64,000 bases of DNA, from positions 2,703,314 to 2,767,313 of the forward strand of contig OY761535.1 in NCBI GenBank assembly GCA_963664525.1. Direction: 5' to 3'. Shown here one piece after another: positions 59,149 to 64,000 of this stretch (its first letter is position 1; each line of letters starts with the position of its first letter). The position numbers and the translations under genes are program-made. Origin of the DNA: Arenicellales bacterium. Lineage in GTDB: Bacteria > Pseudomonadota > Gammaproteobacteria > Arenicellales > JAJDZL01. A model generated the notes under the pieces. The model searched no databases. It worked only from the letters and a program-made list of their open reading frames with translations, and had not been told where the DNA came from.

Positions 59149-59922
59149 TTGAAAAACTCTCGCATCGTTGCGGTTGCCAGTCAAAAGGGCGGCGTTGGTA
59201 AAACGACTTCGGTGATCAACATCGCAGCTGCACTGGCGCGGGCAAAGCGCAGGGTATTGTTGATTGACCTTGATTCTCAGGCCAATTTGACTTCCGGCGT
59301 CGGCATTGAACCGCTTCCCGGTCAGCGCGGCATTTACGAAGTACTGCTGGGGAATGCAACTTTGGATGAGGTGAGCGTTCACCTTGATGCGGGCTTTGAT
59401 GTTGTATCGGCCAACCGTAACCTGTCCGGTGTTCAGGTTGAGCTTTTGGATTTTGCGCGCCGGGAGTTTAAACTCAAGGACGCATTGAATAAGGTACGTA
59501 AGGAATATAATTGGATTTTGCTGGACTGTCCGCCTTCATTGAATATCGTCGTCATCAATGCACTGGTCGCCGCCGACAGCGTCATTGTACCGACACAGTG
59601 TGAGTATTTCGCATTGCAAGGACTCGTCGAACTGCTCGCGACCATCAAAAAAGTGCAGCGCAACTTCAATACTGAACTCAAATTGGGCGGTATACTTAGA
59701 ACGATGCACGACCGAAGAAATAAACTGAACAGGGAAGTTTCCGATCAACTGAAGGAGCATTTAGGCGCACAGGTGTATCACACGATCATTCCCAGAAACA
59801 TCCGCCTCGCGGAGGCACCAAGTCACGGGAAAAGTGCGCTCGAATACGATAAAAGATGTGCTGGAACAATGGCTTATATGGCTTTTACAGGTGAATTGCT
59901 AAACCAGGAATCTACGTTTTGA
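59149..59922 (+). CDS. parA: Chromosome partitioning ATPase ParA (Soj)
   Basis: Deviant Walker A 'SQKGGVGKTT', 'LIDLDSQAN', 'ILLDCPPSL'. TTG start. Confidence 0.92.
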   Translation: MKNSRIVAVASQKGGVGKTTSVINIAAALARAKRRVLLIDLDSQANLTSGVGIEPLPGQRGIYEVLLGNATLDEVSVHLDAGFDVVSANRNLSGVQVELLDFARREFKLKDALNKVRKEYNWILLDCPPSLNIVVINALVAADSVIVPTQCEYFALQGLVELLATIKKVQRNFNTELKLGGILRTMHDRRNKLNREVSDQLKEHLGAQVYHTIIPRNIRLAEAPSHGKSALEYDKRCAGTMAYMAFTGELLNQESTF

Positions 59923-60776
59923 GTCGCACAGAAAAATTAGGGCGTGGGCTGGATGCGTTATTGGGTTCCCTTGAACCGGACCCGGAGCAGTCCGGTCAAG
60001 ATCGCATTGAGATGATTGCGATCGAAAAACTCCGTCCTGGTCCATTTCAACCGCGCACTCAGTTCAGCGAAGAATCATTGCAAGAACTGGCCGATTCGAT
60101 CACCGCACATGGCATAATTCAGCCAATCGTGGCTCGTGAGGTCGATGGCGATACCTATGACATCATTACGGGCGAACGACGCTGGCGAGCGGCACAAATA
60201 GCGGCGCACCATGAGGTGCCTGTCATCGTACGGCTGCTGCCTGATCAGGAGGCCATGGCACTGGCGCTGATCGAAAATATCCAGCGTGAAGACTTAAACG
60301 TAACTGAAGTTGCCGGTCTGCTGAAGCGTTTGATTGACGAATTTGGGCTCACTCATGCTGAAATTGCCCAAAACGTGGGTCTGTCGCGTGCATCAGTGAC
60401 CAATATTCTCAGACTGCTCAATCTTGCTGAACCGGTGTTCAAGATGCTTGCACAAGGGGAAATAGAAAATGGGCACGCCAAAGCCTTGTTGGCATTGAGC
60501 GGGCAAGATCAAGTTGAAGCGGCTCGGCATGTGGTGACACACTCGCTTTCGGTTCGGCGGACCGAAGCACTGGTCAAAAACTGGTCAAAACGTGCCCAGG
60601 CAAATGATTCCCAGACACAGTCGACTCCCGACGCTGATATCGCTAATCTCGAGCGCCGACTGTGTGAAAAGCTAACAGCTAAGGTGACCATTCACGACCG
60701 AAACGGTAGTGGACATATTAGAATCAAATATCAGAATCTGGATGAACTCGAAGGCGTACTGCAACGCATCGGATAA
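59919..60776 (+). CDS. parB: Chromosome partitioning protein ParB (Spo0J)
   Basis: 'LRPGPFQPR', arginine patch 'ITGERRWRAA', HTH 'LTHAEIAQNVGLSRASVTN'. The start overlaps the parA stop. Confidence 0.92.
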   Translation: MSRTEKLGRGLDALLGSLEPDPEQSGQDRIEMIAIEKLRPGPFQPRTQFSEESLQELADSITAHGIIQPIVAREVDGDTYDIITGERRWRAAQIAAHHEVPVIVRLLPDQEAMALALIENIQREDLNVTEVAGLLKRLIDEFGLTHAEIAQNVGLSRASVTNILRLLNLAEPVFKMLAQGEIENGHAKALLALSGQDQVEAARHVVTHSLSVRRTEALVKNWSKRAQANDSQTQSTPDADIANLERRLCEKLTAKVTIHDRNGSGHIRIKYQNLDELEGVLQRIG

Positions 60777-60838
60777 ATGACACGCCTTTGTTTATAACTG
60801 AACGAAAGATGAATGGCTGAAATGCCAGGAAGACTGGA

Positions 60839-61999
60839 ATGACAAAATCAATTGACAATATTAACACACAATATCAGGTACTTATTCCTATTATCGCAGC
60901 GGTATTTTTGATCACGGGCTGTGCTGGTTTCGGTGATACAGAAGTGTCATTGCTGCCGCGTTCCAAACTGGCAGATCCACTGGAAGTACCACCGGGATTG
61001 TCACCGCTGCCAGAACCGGAGCAGTTCGTTGTTCCAGGTCAGTTGGAAACTGATCCTGACGCTGCGCCGGACTTGGGTCCCGAACAGTTGCGAGCATATA
61101 AGTTGTGGCTTGAGTTTGAACAATTCAAACAGTATCAACACCAGTTGGAAGGCGCCGGCTTAACGCAAGCAGAATATCAACAAGCCAAGCTTAGCGGTGA
61201 AGGGATTTTTAGAATCGCAACAGTCGAAGAATTCGAAGAACAGACGATTCGACTGGAGGTGTTTGACAACATCGACTCTGTATGGAACATGCTGCCGTCG
61301 GTACTTGCCGATATGTCTGCCTATGTCGCCGAAGTCAATGACTCAACCCGCACCATATTAGTTGGCAATACGGGTGGGAAAGAAACGCGCAGTCTGTTGG
61401 CGCGCTTCCGGTTGAAGGAGTATTCCGGTAGCGTTGATAAGCTTCAAGTGCGAGAGCTTGGAAACAACAAAGTCGAAATTATCGCGCTGACAGACCAGGA
61501 TGTACTGGTGAACCCGAAAGCTGGACGGGAATTTTTTGAACGATTGCGTTTTTACCTGTTGGCACGCTACGAAGTGGAAGAGACCGCATTGCCCGAAGCC
61601 AGAGAAGTGCTGCTGAGTAAACAACTGATCCAGGGTGATGATGGGCGACAAGCGATTTTGCTATCAGAAAGCTTTGAATCGACTTGGGTTCGAGTAGGAC
61701 GTACCTTGCAAGGCGCCGGTGCCGGTATTCAGGACATGAACCGCAGTGAAGGCATTTACTACGTGAGTTTTGCCGAAAGTGCTAAACAGCGAAAAAAGAA
61801 GAAAAAGCGGCGGTGGCAGTTCTGGAGACGCAAGGAAGTGGCGTTGCCTGAACAGCTGCAGTACCAGGTGTTTGTCAACAGCCGCGGTGAGCAGACTGAA
61901 GTGGCGGTTGAATTTGTTGGCGACACGGCAGCCGAGGACTACGATCCCGATGCTGCGCAAAAGCTCCTGCTCATTATCTATGAGCGCCTAACTGCATGA
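60839..61999 (+). CDS. Lipoprotein, BamC (NlpB)-like
   Basis: Lipobox 'LITGC'. 'LEVPPGLSPLP' follows the lipidation site. There are two helix-grip-like repeats resembling BamC ('VWNMLPSVLADMSAYVAEVNDSTRTILV', 'TWVRVGRTLQGAGAGIQDMNRSEGIYYVSF'). An unusual basic patch 'KQRKKKKKRRWQFWRRK' is present. Confidence 0.5.
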   Translation: MTKSIDNINTQYQVLIPIIAAVFLITGCAGFGDTEVSLLPRSKLADPLEVPPGLSPLPEPEQFVVPGQLETDPDAAPDLGPEQLRAYKLWLEFEQFKQYQHQLEGAGLTQAEYQQAKLSGEGIFRIATVEEFEEQTIRLEVFDNIDSVWNMLPSVLADMSAYVAEVNDSTRTILVGNTGGKETRSLLARFRLKEYSGSVDKLQVRELGNNKVEIIALTDQDVLVNPKAGREFFERLRFYLLARYEVEETALPEAREVLLSKQLIQGDDGRQAILLSESFESTWVRVGRTLQGAGAGIQDMNRSEGIYYVSFAESAKQRKKKKKRRWQFWRRKEVALPEQLQYQVFVNSRGEQTEVAVEFVGDTAAEDYDPDAAQKLLLIIYERLTA

Positions 62000-62012
62000 A
62001 TGGAAAGGTAAT

Positions 62013-62056
62013 AATCCTGCTTTCGATCAGAAGTGCACTGTTGCGAATGCAGGATT
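62013..62056. terminator. Imperfect hairpin between convergent lipoprotein genes (AATCCTGC...GCAGGATT)
   Basis: 8-bp arms at 62013-62020 and 62049-62056, with inner TCG/CGA pairing and no clear U-tract. Confidence 0.25.
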
Positions 62057-62149
62057 GCTGAAAATCTCTGCTGTTGTGCTGGCAGGGTCGACGGACCTTG
62101 CTTGATGACAGCAGGCCTTACTCAGATGTTTTGATTGCGTCAGAAAAAG

Positions 62150-62482
62150 TTATTCCTGATTTTCTGATTGTTCGGTGTTGGAAATGTCCCGACCTTGTGA
62201 TTTGAGAAACTCCCTGTAACGTTGATATTCTTTCCACTCTTTCCACAACAGGTATTCCTGGTATTCCGGGTCGTCAGCACCTGGGCGTAAACGCGGTCCG
62301 CCACCAAAAAGCCGTATGGGTGTCCCTGTACCTTGGTATGCGCGCGGTGAGTCTGGTATTGGAGGGCCTTTCGGGGCATCAGGGTCTTGCGCGCCACAGC
62401 CCGATAATGCAATGAGCATGCCGCACAACAAACCAATGGTCAACTTGGTGGACACTCGAAAACGATGAGAAAAATTATGCAT
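62150..62482 (-). CDS. Small lipoprotein of unknown function (110 aa)
   Basis: Signal peptide plus lipobox 'IALSGC'. A Pro/Gly-rich linker, then the aromatic helix 'PEYQEYLLWKEWKEYQRYREFL'. Confidence 0.55.
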   Translation of the reverse strand: MHNFSHRFRVSTKLTIGLLCGMLIALSGCGAQDPDAPKGPPIPDSPRAYQGTGTPIRLFGGGPRLRPGADDPEYQEYLLWKEWKEYQRYREFLKSQGRDISNTEQSENQE

Positions 62483-62709
62483 GGATTAACTGATTTGGCG
62501 AAGTACAACTCGAATGGCAAATTGCGTGAATGCACATTATACGATTCAAAAAACAGATTCAGTCGTTTGTTGGGTGATTGAAAAATCGAACCTGAAACTG
62601 TCGTAAATCGTACTTCTGCGATGAAAAATGTGAAAGGGCAGACCAAACATCAACGGATTTTGACTGACAACTGAAATGATCACTGTTGAATTCACCGGTG
62701 CGTCCCTGT

Positions 62710-63336
62710 TTACTGTGCAGACTGTTCGATCAGTTGTTCCACGTAAGGAAGGATTCGCTCCACGATCTGCGCAACTCCTAATTTATTAGGATGAATGCCG
62801 TCTTCCTGATTCAGGTCAAATTCAGTGGCAACGCCATCGAGAAAAAACGGATAGAACAAAATGTCGTGTTTTTCGGCCAAATCCGGATAAATCGCGTCAA
62901 ACGCTTCGTAATAGTCAGGCCCGAGGTTTCTTGGTGCCATCGCACCTGCGAGCAATATGGGTAAACCGTGCGATTTTATTTTTGCAATCAATTCATCCAG
63001 ATTCTGGCGAACCAAATCAACGGGAATCGCTCGAAACGCATCGTTGTACCCCAGGTGTAATAAAACCGCTGAGAACGGCTCCGATAAGATCCAGTCGATT
63101 CGTGCGAGCCCGCCACCGGTCGTGTCTCCAGTCACACCGGCATTGACGACTCGGACATCGTATGAATGGTTTGCTAAAGCGGCTTCTAACTGCGGTACAA
63201 ATCCATCTGCTACAGGTAAACCGTGACCGGCGGTCAGACTGTCGCCAATTGCAATTAAGCGAATCCTCTCGTCGGCATTCGCGACCGTAAGGGGAACCAA
63301 TAGCAGCAGGCTGATCAGAAACTTGCTGAAAATCAT
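62710..63336 (-). CDS. SGNH/GDSL hydrolase (TesA-like arylesterase / acyl-CoA thioesterase I)
   Basis: Signal peptide, block I 'IAIGDSLTAGHG', block III 'GYNDA', block V 'DGIHPN'. Confidence 0.85.
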   Translation of the reverse strand: MIFSKFLISLLLLVPLTVANADERIRLIAIGDSLTAGHGLPVADGFVPQLEAALANHSYDVRVVNAGVTGDTTGGGLARIDWILSEPFSAVLLHLGYNDAFRAIPVDLVRQNLDELIAKIKSHGLPILLAGAMAPRNLGPDYYEAFDAIYPDLAEKHDILFYPFFLDGVATEFDLNQEDGIHPNKLGVAQIVERILPYVEQLIEQSAQ

Positions 63337-63440
63337 GCGATAACAAAAACTTGCAGCTTAGATATGCAGTCAGACCCAGACTGAATAAAGCCTTTTGTTG
63401 TCAGATTCGATGGGGATTCAATCGTCGCTACAGCGAGGAA

Positions 63441-63480
63441 ACTTGGCAGTCACGATGAGTCGTATGATCGACTGCCAAGT
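63441..63480 (-). terminator. Hairpin downstream of the BCCT gene (ACTTGGCAGTC...GACTGCCAAGT)
   Basis: 11-bp perfect arms at 63441-63451 and 63470-63480 with an 18-nt loop. On the minus strand it is followed by TTTCCTCG, a short U-tract. Confidence 0.35.
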
Positions 63481-63546
63481 CTTCGCCGCAACCCATTTCA
63501 GATTAACGGGTCAATAGTTTGATTGACTTGCTGCTCGTAGCAAGCA

Positions 63547-64000
63547 CTATGATTTTGCGTCAGATTCACCCACGACAATCGTCGAGTCGTGTTCTGCTTC
63601 ATCACCATAGTCTTCTTCCAGCCACTTCTTGAATGACAGGACCATCACAATCAATACCCCCATCAGTGGTAAAGCAACCACAATGGATGCGGTCTGCAAT
63701 GGCTTTAAGCCACCAAGATACATCAAGCTCAACGACACGCCTGCCAGAACAAATGCCCAGAACAGTCGGTGCCAGCGTGCGGGTTCCTGGATTTCACCCG
63801 TCTGCTCTTCGGTCGCGACCGCAGCGAGGGTAAATGCTGACGAGTCAAGTGTCGTTGCCCCGAAAATGAACGCCAATACCACGAACACGATGAGCACCAG
63901 GATGCCAAGTGGCAACGCTGTGATCGTCGCAATAATCGCTTCCGGTGCACCGGTGTTGGCCAGAATATCGGAAATCGGAACGATACCATTGAGGTCAAAA
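63547..64000 (-). CDS. BCCT-family (betaine/carnitine/choline) transporter, C-terminal part; 5' end lies beyond the window
   Basis: The reading frame stays open upstream of the listed start up to nt 64000 (FDLNGIVPISDILANTGAPEAIIATITALPLGIL...). 'GATTLDSSAFTLAAV' and 'RLFWAFVLAGVSLSLMYLGGLKPLQTASIVVALPLMGVLIVM' match the last BCCT TM helices. Confidence 0.7.
   Translation of the reverse strand, partial: FDLNGIVPISDILANTGAPEAIIATITALPLGILVLIVFVVLAFIFGATTLDSSAFTLAAVATEEQTGEIQEPARWHRLFWAFVLAGVSLSLMYLGGLKPLQTASIVVALPLMGVLIVMVLSFKKWLEEDYGDEAEHDSTIVVGESDAKS

Noticed and set aside
61786-61830. A-rich tract encoding KKKKKRR in the BamC-like gene as a slippage or phase-variation site
   Set aside because: The homopolymer runs are short (no more than 6 A) and interrupted by G. 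The reading frame is intact. There is no evidence for phase variation.
62734-62749. Additional parS sites (TGTTCCACGTAAGGAA at ~62734; TGTTTCACGTCGTGTA at ~49326; TGTTTCACGGTCC at ~27637)
   Set aside because: Only the left half-site matches. The right halves are not palindromic, so these are probably chance half-site occurrences inside coding sequence.

Overview
A 64-kb chromosomal window from a gammaproteobacterium. The gene order resembles Pseudomonas-type or marine Pseudomonadales/Cellvibrionales-type genomes (inference from synteny and a Pseudomonas-type parS). The window is almost fully coding and has three parts. (1) nt 1-~9000 is a visibly AT-richer accessory segment. It carries a helicase-rich, DISARM-like defence locus: a 5'-truncated SF1 helicase, a DrmA-like SF2 helicase, a DrmB-like DUF1998 protein, then dcm plus an overlapping vsr and an orphan ORF. 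No PLD nuclease, integrase or transposase is seen inside the window. (2) nt ~9280-43200 is core metabolism and housekeeping: an mgsABC-gmaS-like quartet, anmK, an M23 peptidase, tyrS, a Liv-type ABC transporter, an AGCS symporter, thrC, ispE-lolB-TPR, prfA-prmC, xthA, a tRNA-CAT, an aminotransferase, a tandem acyl-CoA dehydrogenase pair and apaG. (3) nt 43200-60800 is the origin-proximal cluster, gyrB-dnaN-dnaA / rpmH-rnpA-yidD-yidC-mnmE ... mnmG-rsmG-parA-parB. It has several departures from the canonical layout. There is no recF. A 293-bp AT-rich dnaA-dnaN spacer is present. DnaN carries an insertion. A two-gene module sits between mnmE and mnmG: a MotA/ExbB-like channel protein plus a MotB/ExbD-like protein with a ~640-residue coiled coil between its Asp-bearing TM helix and a small ExbD/TolR-like C-terminal domain. 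I rank that stator-like pair and the non-canonical DISARM-like locus as the best candidates for something undescribed. No CRISPR array, rRNA, IS element or prophage was seen. All calls rest on motif recognition by eye; no searches were run.
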